Positions 38,885 through 47,483 of a stretch of DNA of 64,000 nt are shown one piece after another (the first letter of the stretch is position 1; each line of letters opens with the position of its first letter). The DNA comes from an uncultured Actinomycetes bacterium (GTDB lineage: Bacteria; Actinomycetota; Thermoleophilia; Solirubrobacterales; Solirubrobacteraceae), in contig CAWGEW010000004.1 in NCBI GenBank assembly GCA_963821685.1, forward strand, positions 6,244 through 70,243. Reading direction: 5' to 3'. The notes under the pieces were generated by a model. That model was not told where the DNA came from. It was given only the letters and a program-made list of their open reading frames with translations, and made no database searches. The position numbers and the translations under genes were made by a program.

Positions 38885-39606
38885 GCGCCGCGTCCGCCAC
38901 GACGCCGGACACGACGGGCCTGCTGAAGATGCGCGACCTCGCCGAGCAGTCGGGCGTCAGCGCCGGCACGATCAAGCACTATCTGCGCGAAGGGGTGCTG
39001 GGCGACGACGCCGGCATCGTGCGCACCTCGCGCAACATGGCCTGGTACCCGCCGGAGTTCGTCGATCGGGTGCGGCTCGTCAAGCGCCTGCAGGAGGAGC
39101 GGTTCATGCCGCTGCGCGTGATCAAGGGCGTCATGGACCGTGGGCCCGAGCAGGCGGCGGCGCTCGTCGAGGTCGAGGACCGGATCGTCGAGCGCGCGCT
39201 CGAGGCGCAGCCGGGGGAGCGGCTCTCGAAGGCCGATGCGCGTGCGCGCTACGGCGTGCCGCAGAACGTGCTCGACCGGCTTGCCGAGATCGCGGTGCTG
39301 ACGCCCGATCGGCGCGGCTACGACCGCGACGACGTGCTGATCATCGAGGCGATCTCGCGCTTTCGCGCCTCCGGCTACGACGAGGCACTGGGCTTCACGG
39401 TGTTCGACACGCTGCCCTACCGCGACGCGCTGCAGCCGCTCGTCGAGTCCGAGGTCCGCACGCTGCTCGACCGCCTCGCCGGCGAGGTTCCGGTCGAGCG
39501 CGCGGCCGACATCATCGCCGCGGGCGCCGAGCCGCTGCGCGATCTGCTGGGCGCGATGCACGCCAAGCTGCTGCTCGCCGAGCTGCGCCGGCAACGCGGG
39601 CGCTAG
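38881..39606 (+). CDS. MerR family transcriptional regulator.
   Basis: The ATGA overlaps the CoA-transferase stop. The HTH reads LLKMRDLAEQSGVSAGTIKHYLREGVL...RTSRNMAWY and is followed by a long C-terminal effector-type domain. Intact 241 aa. Confidence 0.8.
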   Translation: MSAASATTPDTTGLLKMRDLAEQSGVSAGTIKHYLREGVLGDDAGIVRTSRNMAWYPPEFVDRVRLVKRLQEERFMPLRVIKGVMDRGPEQAAALVEVEDRIVERALEAQPGERLSKADARARYGVPQNVLDRLAEIAVLTPDRRGYDRDDVLIIEAISRFRASGYDEALGFTVFDTLPYRDALQPLVESEVRTLLDRLAGEVPVERAADIIAAGAEPLRDLLGAMHAKLLLAELRRQRGR

Positions 39607-39663
39607 CCGCCGTCAACGGGGGATATCCCCCGCACAGAGACACCGGGCGGCGGCATTGGCAGA

Positions 39664-41034
39664 GTGTCGCTCGCGGGCCACCATGTGCCCATGACCTCCG
39701 TGACCGCCGAACAACCCACGACCGAGCAGCCCACCGCGCCGCTGAAGCCTGCGGCGGAACCGCGCAGCCGCCGCACATTCGGCGCGTTCCTCGGGCAGCT
39801 GATGCGCGACAGCGGCTACCTGCTGCTGAGCCTGCCGATGGGCATCCTCACGTTCACCGTCGCCGTCGCCGGCTGGAGCACGGCGATCGGGTCGCTGCTG
39901 ACGTTCATCGGCGTCCCGGTCGCGGTGTTGACGATCGCCGCACTGCGCGGCCTGTCGCGTGTCGAGCGCCGCCGTGCCGCCGTCGTCCTGCGCGAGCCGG
40001 TGCCCGAGAACTACACGGTCCGGCTGCCGTTCCAGCGCGAGGACTGGACCTCGTTGCACGTCATCTGGACCTGGTTCAAGGGGCTGTTCAAGGACCGCCA
40101 GATGTACCGCGACCTGGCCTACGCACTTGTGCTGCTGCCGATCGGCATCGTCGCGTTCACCGTCCTGACGATCGCCTTCACGATGACCGTCGGCTTCATC
40201 ACCTTCCCCGCATGGTGGTGGGCACTTCCCGACGGGTGGGACGCGGGCATCTGGACCGTCGACACGTGGACGGACGCCGCGATCCTTGCTGGTGCGGGCA
40301 TCGTCCTGCTGCCCGTCGCGGCTGCGCTGATCCGCGGAACGTCGGCCGGCTCGGCGGCGATCGCCCGCGGCCTGCTGACCCAGACCCGGCACGATCTCGA
40401 GCAGCGCGTCGAGCGCCTGCAGGAGACGCGCGCCGGCGTCGTCGACGCCGCGCGGCTGGAGCTCGAGCGGATCGAGCGCGACCTGCATGACGGCGCGCAG
40501 GCACGACTCGTCGCCGTCGCGATGGAGCTCGGCCGTGCGGAGCAGAAGTTCCAGGCCGGAGATGCCGACGGGGCCGCCGAGCTTGTCGGCGAGGCGCGCC
40601 GCGACACACAGATCGCGCTCGCCGAACTGCGTGACCTCGCACGCGGGATCCGCCCGGCGCTGCTCTCCGAGCGCGGCCTGCGTGAGGCGATCACGTCGCT
40701 TGCCGCGCGCGCCGGCGTGCCCACGACGGTCACGTGCGACCTCAACGGGGAGGTGCCGACCGCCGTCGAGACCGCCGCCTACTTCGTCGTCGGCGAGGCA
40801 CTCGCGAACGTCGCCAAGCACGCCCAGGCGCAGGCCGCGTCCGTGCGCGTGGAACGACGCGGGACGCGGCTCGAGGTCGAGGTTCGTGACGACGGGCGCG
40901 GCGGCGCGAACCCGGACGGGAGCGGGCTCACCGGCCTGCGCAAGCGTGTCGAAGCACTGGACGGGACGCTGTTCCTGTCGAGTCCCGCCGGCGGGCCGAC
41001 GATCGTGCGAGCGGAGCTCCCATGCGCGTCGTGA
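39664..41034 (+). CDS. Sensor histidine kinase (membrane sensor domain plus HisKA_3 plus HATPase_c).
   Basis: Intact: TM-rich N-half (...YLLLSLPMGILTFTVAVAGWSTAIGSLLTFIGVPV...), then ERIERDLHDGAQARLVAVAMELG, LRDLARGIRPALLSERGL, ETAAYFVVGEALANVAKHA and GLTGLRKRVEALDGTLFLSSPAGGPT. An alternative ATG is at 39691. Confidence 0.88.
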   Translation: MSLAGHHVPMTSVTAEQPTTEQPTAPLKPAAEPRSRRTFGAFLGQLMRDSGYLLLSLPMGILTFTVAVAGWSTAIGSLLTFIGVPVAVLTIAALRGLSRVERRRAAVVLREPVPENYTVRLPFQREDWTSLHVIWTWFKGLFKDRQMYRDLAYALVLLPIGIVAFTVLTIAFTMTVGFITFPAWWWALPDGWDAGIWTVDTWTDAAILAGAGIVLLPVAAALIRGTSAGSAAIARGLLTQTRHDLEQRVERLQETRAGVVDAARLELERIERDLHDGAQARLVAVAMELGRAEQKFQAGDADGAAELVGEARRDTQIALAELRDLARGIRPALLSERGLREAITSLAARAGVPTTVTCDLNGEVPTAVETAAYFVVGEALANVAKHAQAQAASVRVERRGTRLEVEVRDDGRGGANPDGSGLTGLRKRVEALDGTLFLSSPAGGPTIVRAELPCAS

Positions 41035-41663
41035 TCGCGGAGGACCTCGCGCTGCTGCGTGACGGCCTGACGCGCCTGCTCGAGGACAACGGCTGCGACG
41101 TCGTCGCCGCGGTCGAGGATGCCGACGCGTTCCTCGAAGCGGTTCAGCGTGAGCGACCGGACGTCTGCGTCGTCGACGTGCGGCTGCCACCGTCATTCCG
41201 CGACGAGGGGATCCGCGGCGCACTCGCGGCACGCGAACTGCTCGACGGTCTCCCGGTGCTCGTCCTCTCGCAATACGTCGAGCGCGTCTTCGCGAAGGAG
41301 CTGCTCGCGGACGGGCGCGGGGGCGTCGGCTATCTGCTGAAGGACCGCGTCGCCGATCCCGCCGAGTTCGTCGAGGCCGTCCGGCGGGTCGCCGCCGGTG
41401 GCACGGCGATGGATCCGGAGGTCGTGGCGCAGCTCGTCGCCGGGCGCGGTCCGGCGCGGCTCGAGGAGCTCACCCCGCGTGAGCGCGACGTGCTCTCGCT
41501 GATGGCGGAGGGACGCTCGAACAGCGGCATCGCGCGCGAGCTGGTCGTCACCGACGGCGCCGTCGAGAAGCACGTGTCGAGCATCTTCGGGAAGCTCGGG
41601 CTGCCCCCGAGCGGCGACGATCACCGGCGCGTGCTCGCGGTGATCGCGTGGCTGGAGGAGTAG
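41022..41663 (+). CDS. NarL/FixJ (LuxR-type HTH) response regulator.
   Basis: MRVVIAEDLALLRDGLTRLLE...DVCVVDVRLPP...LTPRERDVLSLMAEGRSNSGIARELVVTDGAVEKHVSSIFGKL. It overlaps the kinase gene by 13 nt. Confidence 0.9.
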   Translation: MRVVIAEDLALLRDGLTRLLEDNGCDVVAAVEDADAFLEAVQRERPDVCVVDVRLPPSFRDEGIRGALAARELLDGLPVLVLSQYVERVFAKELLADGRGGVGYLLKDRVADPAEFVEAVRRVAAGGTAMDPEVVAQLVAGRGPARLEELTPRERDVLSLMAEGRSNSGIARELVVTDGAVEKHVSSIFGKLGLPPSGDDHRRVLAVIAWLEE

Positions 41664-41734
41664 GAGCGCGTGGTCCGGGCGGTGCGGGTGATGCGCTAGT
41701 TTCGCGTCCTGTGACCCAAGGAGCGGGTGGACCA

Positions 41735-42592
41735 GTGCGCAAGGTGCTTGGACTTTCAGCAGTCGGGGCCGCCGGCCTCATCCTCGCGATGCTTCCGGCA
41801 GCCGCAGTGGCCGGCGCGGGCCGTTCGGGCTCCGCCGCGGCCGCGAAGTGCTCTCGGGCGACGGCACGTTCGGTCGTTGTCCGGCGCCATCTTGGAAATG
41901 CGGGCTCCGTCTCCGACCCGGTCGCTCAGGTTCTGTGCGGCCCGTTCCTGGGAGCGGGCAGCCATGCGATGGTCGCCTCACTGACGACACCCGGCTGTGG
42001 CGGGACCATCGGCTGGGTGGTGTTCCGCCTGCGGGGCGGGGCCTGGAAGATCGCGATGCAGCGCAACAACGGCGCTCAGCTGACCGCGGCCGGTTCCGGC
42101 ATCAGAGAGACACAGCAGGTCCTGCGTCCGAGCGACGCGCACTGCTTCCCGACCGGTGGGACGCGATCGCGGACCTGGCACTGGAACGGCAGCAGGTTCG
42201 TCACCGGTGCGTGGAAGTACGCCACCTCCTCATCCAACCCGCCGGAGTTCCACGCGCGACTGAAGACCGTCACGATCGGGTGCGGCATCTCCACCGGGCA
42301 GCAGATCGCCTGCCAGGGGATTCCGAAGGCGCCCGCAGCTGACGCGCCACGCCTGCAAGTCGCCAAGCTGCAGCCCGGCGGTCAGGTCGTGACCTGCGCC
42401 GAACGCGCTCCCGCCGACAATTGTCGCTTCGGGGATCTCGGCGAGCGAGTTCCCGACCTGTCACCAGGCCAGCAGAGCATCATCGGGCCGTTCACCTGCA
42501 CCGTGTCCGACGCCGGCGTCCAGTGCACGGTCACAGCGTCCGGCAAGGGCTTCCTCATCACCGCTGGTGACATCGCAGCGGTCGGCGCTTGA
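41735..42592 (+). CDS. Secreted Cys-containing protein of unknown function.
   Basis: GTG 41735 lies 11 nt after an aaggag SD. Signal peptide VRKVLGLSAVGAAGLILAMLPAAAVAGA. There are 10 Cys in the mature part. No family recognised. Confidence 0.55.
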   Translation: MRKVLGLSAVGAAGLILAMLPAAAVAGAGRSGSAAAAKCSRATARSVVVRRHLGNAGSVSDPVAQVLCGPFLGAGSHAMVASLTTPGCGGTIGWVVFRLRGGAWKIAMQRNNGAQLTAAGSGIRETQQVLRPSDAHCFPTGGTRSRTWHWNGSRFVTGAWKYATSSSNPPEFHARLKTVTIGCGISTGQQIACQGIPKAPAADAPRLQVAKLQPGGQVVTCAERAPADNCRFGDLGERVPDLSPGQQSIIGPFTCTVSDAGVQCTVTASGKGFLITAGDIAAVGA

Positions 42593-43454
42593 CGGAAGCG
42601 CTCCGCGTGTGATTCCGACGCGGCTCGCGCTCGCCGTCGCCGCTTGGCGCGGACAGCGCTCCTGGCGTGATCCTGCGACACGCGACGCCGCACGCGCGAC
42701 CGCCGAGGCGATCAGCGGGCGCGGCCCGCAGGTCGACGCGGTCGCACGCGCGCACCTCGCAGCGACGGCTGCGCGCGAGCAGTTCATCCTGCGCCCGCAC
42801 TTCAACCGGCGCGCCACGGTGCACGGCGTCGAGCATCTGCGGTCGGCGCGCGCCGATGGACGCGGGGTGCTCGTGAGCTACTGCCACACGGGCCCGTTCC
42901 CGGGCCTCAGCGCGACGGTCGCCCACTGCACCCACGACGTGCACGTCATCGTCGGCGAGTGGATCCTCGTCGATCAACCCGACCCGGTCGTGCGACGCCG
43001 CCAGCTGGCATGGCGGTCGATGCTCGAGGACCAGGACCTGCAGTTCCTGGCCGCGCAGGGCAGCCTCCATGAGGCTGTCCGTCTGCTGCAGCGCGGCGAC
43101 GTCGTCTGTACGACGTTCGACATGCCGGGCCCGCACGAAACAAAGTTCCTCGGAAGGCCGGCGATGCTCGCCTCCGGCACGGCGCGCATGGCCGTGGCGG
43201 GCGACGCCCTTGTCGTGCCTGCGACGCGGCGCCTGCATCGCTACCGCCCGCGCACGCATTTCGCCGCGGCGCTGGACCCGCGCGATCACGCGGACTGGAC
43301 GGCATTCCACGACGCGCTCGCTGCAACGCACAGCCGATCGATCCTCGAGCATCCCGGTGCGCTCGAGGACCCGCGTCGTGCGGGCGTGTGGGGTCCGGGG
43401 GCGACCGCGGACGCCTGGCGGATGCCGGCGCCGGCGAGCGTCAGCGCAGGTTGA
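42567..43454 (+). CDS. LpxL/HtrB-like (lauroyl/PIM-type) lipid acyltransferase family protein.
   Basis: VHGVEHLRSARADGRGVLVSYCHTGPFPG (in place of the HxGNWE region), ...LLQRGDVVCTTFDMPGPHETKFLGRPAMLASGTARMAVAGDALVVP. The family assignment is from memory of the PF03279 pattern. The start may be GTG 42609. Confidence 0.5.
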   Translation: MTSQRSALDGSAPRVIPTRLALAVAAWRGQRSWRDPATRDAARATAEAISGRGPQVDAVARAHLAATAAREQFILRPHFNRRATVHGVEHLRSARADGRGVLVSYCHTGPFPGLSATVAHCTHDVHVIVGEWILVDQPDPVVRRRQLAWRSMLEDQDLQFLAAQGSLHEAVRLLQRGDVVCTTFDMPGPHETKFLGRPAMLASGTARMAVAGDALVVPATRRLHRYRPRTHFAAALDPRDHADWTAFHDALAATHSRSILEHPGALEDPRRAGVWGPGATADAWRMPAPASVSAG

Positions 43455-44043
43455 GCGGCGTCCCCTCGTCGTTCCAGAGCCGGATCCCGGGCGTGTCGTG
43501 CTCGAACCCCAGGATGCAGATCGCCGCGGTTCCGAGCTGGAGCAGGGAACCGGCCTCGGGGTCGAGGCCGCACCAGCGTGCGGCGAGCACGCGCAGCACA
43601 TGTCCGTGCGCGACGATCAGCCACGACGCCGGCAGCTCGCGGCAGCGGGCGACGACGGGATCGACACGCGCGCCGACCGCTGCGGCGTCCTCGCCGTCCG
43701 GGCATCCGTCGCGCCAGAGCGACCAGCTCGGCCGCTCGGCACGGATCTCGACGCTCGTGCGCCCCTCGTAGGCGCCGTAGTCCCACTCGACCAGCGCCGG
43801 CTGGACGACCGCGTCCGTCGCAAAGCCGGCCAGCTCGCAGGTCTGCCGGGCGCGGATCAGCGGGCTGACGAGGACATGATCGACGGCGGCGCCCGCGAGC
43901 CGGCGGCCGGCCGACTGCGCCTCCTGGACGCCGGCGTCGGTGAGCGGAACGTCGGTCCGCCCGGTGTGCCGGCGCTCGCGCGACCACTCGGTCTCGCCGT
44001 GCCGCAGCAGGATCACCCGGTGCTCGGAGGCCGACACGCTCAC
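43441..44043 (-). CDS. Histidine phosphatase (phosphoglycerate mutase-like) family protein.
   Basis: The GTG 44043 start overlaps the upstream stop (GTGA). VSVSASEHRVILLRHGETEWSRERRHTGRTDVPLT...LVSPLIRARQT...IVAHGHVLRVL. The RHG and H catalytic motifs are present. Confidence 0.85.
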   Translation of the reverse strand: MSVSASEHRVILLRHGETEWSRERRHTGRTDVPLTDAGVQEAQSAGRRLAGAAVDHVLVSPLIRARQTCELAGFATDAVVQPALVEWDYGAYEGRTSVEIRAERPSWSLWRDGCPDGEDAAAVGARVDPVVARCRELPASWLIVAHGHVLRVLAARWCGLDPEAGSLLQLGTAAICILGFEHDTPGIRLWNDEGTPLNLR

Positions 44044-44904
44044 CACTTCACGTCGTGCCACTCCATGACGCCGTAGCCCTCGGCGAGTTCGACGCCGCCG
44101 GGCAGCGACCCGCGTGAAGGTGCCGAACGGCTGGCGATAGTCGCTCGCGAAGATCTTGAGGTCGTCGCTGCGCGCGCGCTCGGCCTCGAGCGCAAAGCGC
44201 AGCTGGCCACCGCCGTCGACGTCCGCGAACCCGACGCCCTCCAGGTCACCCGGGAAGCTCACGGGCGCGGCCTCGGCGGCGACGCCGTCGATCCAGACGG
44301 TGCGCTCGCTCTGCTCGGGGGCGTCGTGGACTCCCGTCACGAGGTTCCAGGCGACGGAGCGTCCGTCCGTCGCGGTGCCGACGCCCGCAGACCAGCGCCA
44401 GATGGTCTCGCGCGCGTGGTAGCCGGCCGTCGCGTCGACCAGGCCGGCGTGGTCGATCTCGTGGGTGCGCCCCATCACGGTGACCCGCCCGATCGCGCGC
44501 ACGGGATCCTTGCGCGTCCAGATGAACGAGTCGCCGTGCGGACTGACGACGACGACCGGCTCGCCGGCCGGCTGCAGCGCCAGGTCGATGTCGATGCCCT
44601 TGCCGCTCACGATCAGGCGCCCGTCGTCGATCGCCACGAGACCGCGCGTGAAGGCCGTCCGGTCCGCGAGCTCACCCGTCGTGCGGTCGAGGACGGCCCA
44701 GAACGCCTGCGGGATCCCGCCGATGCGCGCGCTCGCGGCGCACAGCATCACATCCGGCCCGTAGACGCCGACGTAGCGCCAGCGCTTCAGCGGGCGCCCG
44801 CCGCGCAGCAGCGGCATCCGCGCCGGCGGCAGCGGCAGGCCTGCCGGCCGGATCGTGCCGTCCCCGCGCAGCGGCAGCGCGGTGCCGGTGTTTACGGGGC
44901 ACAC
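44040..44904 (-). pseudogene. DUF2804-like protein with one insertion-type frameshift near 44110.
   Basis: ...MPLLRGGRPLKRWRYVGVYGPDVMLCAASARIGGIPQAFWAVLDR...IFASDYRQPFGTF, then a shift to ...SLPGGVELAEGYGVMEWHDVKW (ORF 44040-44249). The start is probably ATG 44817. The listed 487-aa ORF is a read-through fusion with the phosphatase. Confidence 0.55.
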
Positions 44905-44934
44905 CGGTCCAGACTATCCTCTGAACGACGCTGA

Positions 44935-44950
44935 TTGACTGACCAGTCAA
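44935..44950. promoter_or_regulatory. Perfect 7-2-7 palindrome; putative TetR operator upstream of the nit-tetR operon.
   Basis: TTGACTG-ac-CAGTCAA at 44935-44950, in the gap between the divergent DUF2804 and nitrilase-family genes. A TetR regulator is encoded two genes downstream. Confidence 0.55.
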
Positions 44951-44965
44951 CGCAGCGTCAGAGAG

Positions 44966-45808
44966 GTCATCGTCCTGCGCGCAGCAGCAATCCAGCTCAC
45001 CGCCACGCCTGATGTGGCAGCCAACCTCGAGGCCGCCGACCGCCTCGTGCGTCGCGCCGCGGCCGATGGGGCGACGCTCGTCCTGCTGCCCGAGAAGTGG
45101 AGCGTGCTCGGGCCGGGCGACGCACTGCGCGCCGGCGCGCAGCCGCTCGACGGCCCGGCGATCAGCTGGGCCCGCGCGCTCGCGCAGCGAGCTGGCGATC
45201 GACCTCGTCGCCGGCTCGATCGCCGAGCGCGTCGCCGGTGAGGAGAAGCTGCGCAACACGAGCGTCCACGTCGGCCCCGACGGCGAGATCCAGGCCACGT
45301 ATCGCAAGATCCACATGTTCGACGTCGAGGTCGACGGCACGGTCTACCGCGAGTCCGACAACGAGGCCCCCGGCGACGCGCCGGTGCTGAGCGCGCGCCG
45401 CCGACGGAACCGCCCTCGGGCATGAGCGTCTGTTACGACCTGCGCTTCCCCGAGCTGTATCGCGCGCTGACGGTCGCGGGCGCGCAGATCCTGCTCGTCC
45501 CGGCCGCGTTCACCGTTGCGACGACGCGCGACCACTGGGAGATCCTGCTGCGCGCGCGGGCGATCGAGAACCAGTGCTTCGTGATCGCCGCCAACCAGAT
45601 CGGCGAGCACGACCGCGGGCTTCGGTCCGGCGGGCGGTCGATGATCGTCGACCCGTGGGGCATCGTGCTCGCGCAGGCGCCCGACGAGCCCACCGTGATC
45701 ACCGCCGACCTCGACCGCGCGCGCCAGGACGACATCCGCCGTCGGCTCCCCGTGCTCGACAGCCGCCGCCCGGACGCGTACGAGCTGCGTCAGGAGAGCC
45801 CGGCCTGA
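44966..45808 (+). pseudogene. Carbon-nitrogen hydrolase (Nit/nitrilase superfamily) protein with three +1 frameshifts and no canonical start codon visible.
   Basis: (V)IVLRAAAIQLTATPDVAANLEAADRLVRRAAADGATLVLLPEKW / ELAIDLVAGSIAERV...LRNTSVHVGPDGEIQATYRKIHMFDV / ADGTALG / MSVCYDLRFPELYR...LLVPAAFTVATTRDHWEILLRARAIENQCFVIAANQ. The E-K-C triad context is present. The in-frame stop at 44936 leaves only CTG or ATC as possible starts. Confidence 0.8.
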
Positions 45809-46438
45809 TGTCGACGCGCAACGCCCAGCAGGCCGCCGAGAAGCGCCGCCTGATCCTCGACGCGGCGGTCCGCGTGTTCGCCCGCCAGGGCTTCCACACC
45901 TGCCGCGTCTCCGACATCGCCGACGAGGCGGGTGTCGCCTACGGGCTCGTCTACCACTACTTCCGCTCGAAGGACGAGATCCTCGACACGCTCTTCCTCG
46001 AGCGCTGGAACGTGCTGATCGAGCAGATCCGCGAGGTCGACCAGGATCCCGACCCCACCCGCCCTGCCCGCGACAAGCTCTACGCGATCGTCTCGTTCAT
46101 CGTCGACTCCTACAGCCACGACCCCGACCTGATGAAGGTCATCATCGTCGAGGTCACGCGCGCGGCGAACACCTTCGGCCGCTCGCACCTGGCCGAGATC
46201 CGCGAGGCGTACGACGGGATCGCCACGATCGTCGAGAAGGCGCAGACGGCGGGCGAGTTCAAGGCGACCGTCACACCCGACGTTCGCCGCGATGGCGTTC
46301 TACGGCGCGATCGAGCAGGTGCTGACGGGCTGGATCTTCGATGTGCTGCCCGGTGCGCCGGAGGACGTCGACCAGGCGAAGGCGTTCGTCGTGGAGACGA
46401 TCTGCGGCGGCCTCGAAGTCGCCCCGGCGACCGTCTGA
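45808..46438 (+). pseudogene. TetR/AcrR family transcriptional regulator with one +1 frameshift near 46280.
   Basis: The TGATG overlaps the nit stop. MSTRNAQQAAEKRRLILDAAVRVFARQGFHTCRVSDIADEAGVAYGLVYHYFRSKDEIL... After the shift it reads FAAMAFYGAIEQVLTGWIFDVLPGAPEDVDQAKAFVVETICGGLEVAPATV to TGA 46436-46438. Confidence 0.85.
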
Positions 46439-46471
46439 CGACCGCGTTCTTACGCTAGGGTCCGGCCTCAC

Positions 46472-46618
46472 ATGCCGGAGAACGAACTCGTCAAGCGCCT
46501 GTTGTGGATGGGCCTCGTCGCGGGCCTCGAATCGCTCGCGAGCATCATCGCCATTCGCGGCGCGATCGTCCTGTGGAAGCGCCTCTACGGCGAAGAGCCT
46601 CCGGGGATCGGCGAATGA
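46472..46618 (+). CDS. Small membrane protein (48 aa), DUF4235-like.
   Basis: MPENELVKRLLWMGLVAGLESLASIIAIRGAIVLWKRLYGEEPPGIGE. It is not in the ORF track (shorter than 60 aa). The stop overlaps the next ATG (ATGA at 46615-46618). The family name is from memory. Confidence 0.5.
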   Translation: MPENELVKRLLWMGLVAGLESLASIIAIRGAIVLWKRLYGEEPPGIGE

Positions 46619-46770
46619 CCACCGAGCCCGTGATTCCCGACCCGCCGCTGCCTCCGCCCGTCGAGCCGCCGCGCCCGATCACGGACACGCGCCCGGAGAT
46701 CCTCGTCGGCGCCGCGCTGGCCGGCGGCTTCGTGCTCGCAAAGCTCGTGGGAGCCCTCCGTGGCCGCTGA
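46615..46770 (+). CDS. Small Pro-rich, C-terminally membrane-anchored protein (51 aa).
   Basis: MTTEPVIPDPPLPPPVEPPRPITDTRPEILVGAALAGGFVLAKLVGALRGR. It is translationally coupled on both sides. Confidence 0.45.
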   Translation: MTTEPVIPDPPLPPPVEPPRPITDTRPEILVGAALAGGFVLAKLVGALRGR

Positions 46771-47264
46771 CCCGCGCCTGACCGTGCCCGAGCCGCCGGT
46801 GGCCGTGCCCGCGATCCAACGAGGCCGCGATCGCCCAGGCGATCCAGAGCGTCACCGCCAGCACGCAGGCGCTCGTCAAGGACCAGGTCGAGCTCGCGAA
46901 GCTCGAGATGCAGACGAAGGCCGCGGTCTTCGGCCGCGGTGCCGCCGTCGGCGCCGCTGCCGGCGTGTTCGTGATCGGCGCGCTGATCCTGATCCTGCAG
47001 GGCCTCGCCTGGCTCGCCTGGTACCTGATCTTCCCGGCCGACCAGTTCTTCTGGGGCTTCTTCCTCGTCGCGCTGATCCTGCTCGTGATCGCCGCGATCG
47101 CCGGGTTCCTCGCCTACAAGGCACTGCAGAAGGCGAAGTCGCCGGTGCCCGATCAGGCGATCGCCGCGGCACGTCAGACACAGGCGACGATCCAGGACGA
47201 GACCGCGCTGATGAAGGACCAGGTCCGCGAAGTCGTCATCAAGCCGGAGGATCAGCGCTCGTGA
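46760..47264 (+). pseudogene. Holin-X-like ('phage holin family', two-TM) membrane protein with one +1 frameshift near 46820.
   Basis: GTG 46760 gives VAADPRLTVPEPPVAVPAI. After the shift it reads NEAAIAQAIQSVTASTQALVKDQVELAKLEMQTKAAVFGRGAAVGAAAGVFVIGALILILQGLAWLAWYL...FFLVALILLVIAAIAGFLAYKAL. Confidence 0.6.
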
Positions 47265-47479
47265 GCAGTCAGCCCCGGACACCGGACCAGATCCGCGCGT
47301 CGATCGCCGCCAACCAGGCTGCGCTCGCGACGTCACTGACGGAGCTTCGCGGGGAGGTCGTGGCGATCGCCGACTGGCGCCGCCAGATCAACCGCAACCG
47401 GCCGAAGGTCCTGGCCGGCGCTGCGATCGCCGGGTTCGTGATCGGCGGCGGGATCGCCGCGATCCTGCGCCGGCGCTGA
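47261..47479 (+). CDS. DUF3618-like small protein with a C-terminal TM segment.
   Basis: The GTGA overlaps the previous stop. VSSQPRTPDQIRASIAANQAALATSLTELRGEVVAIADWRRQINRNRPKVLAGAAIAGFVIGGGIAAILRRR. Confidence 0.55.
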   Translation: MSSQPRTPDQIRASIAANQAALATSLTELRGEVVAIADWRRQINRNRPKVLAGAAIAGFVIGGGIAAILRRR

Positions 47480-47483
47480 AGCG

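Noticed and set aside
35376-41232. Several 400-550-aa ORFs: 35376-36968 (-), 36414-37658 (+), 38844-40490 (+) and 39613-41232 (-).
   Set aside because: They are out-of-frame or antisense overlaps of the giant secreted protein, BKACE, MerR, kinase and regulator genes. All give Arg/Pro/Gly-rich nonsense typical of alternative frames in GC-rich DNA.
43441-44904. 487-aa ORF suggesting a DUF2804-phosphatase fusion protein.
   Set aside because: The junction (FTRVAARRRRTRRGLRRHGVARREV) is out-of-frame sequence. The DUF2804 C-terminus continues in ORF 44040-44249 (...GVELAEGYGVMEWHDVKW) and stops in a GTGA overlap with the phosphatase start. These are two genes joined artefactually by a frameshift.
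46760-47264. Holin-like gene considered as part of a prophage lysis cassette.
   Set aside because: No endolysin, spanin, structural, terminase, integrase or att-like repeats occur anywhere in the window. The gene is embedded in a chain of overlapping small membrane-protein genes flanked by tetR and degV.
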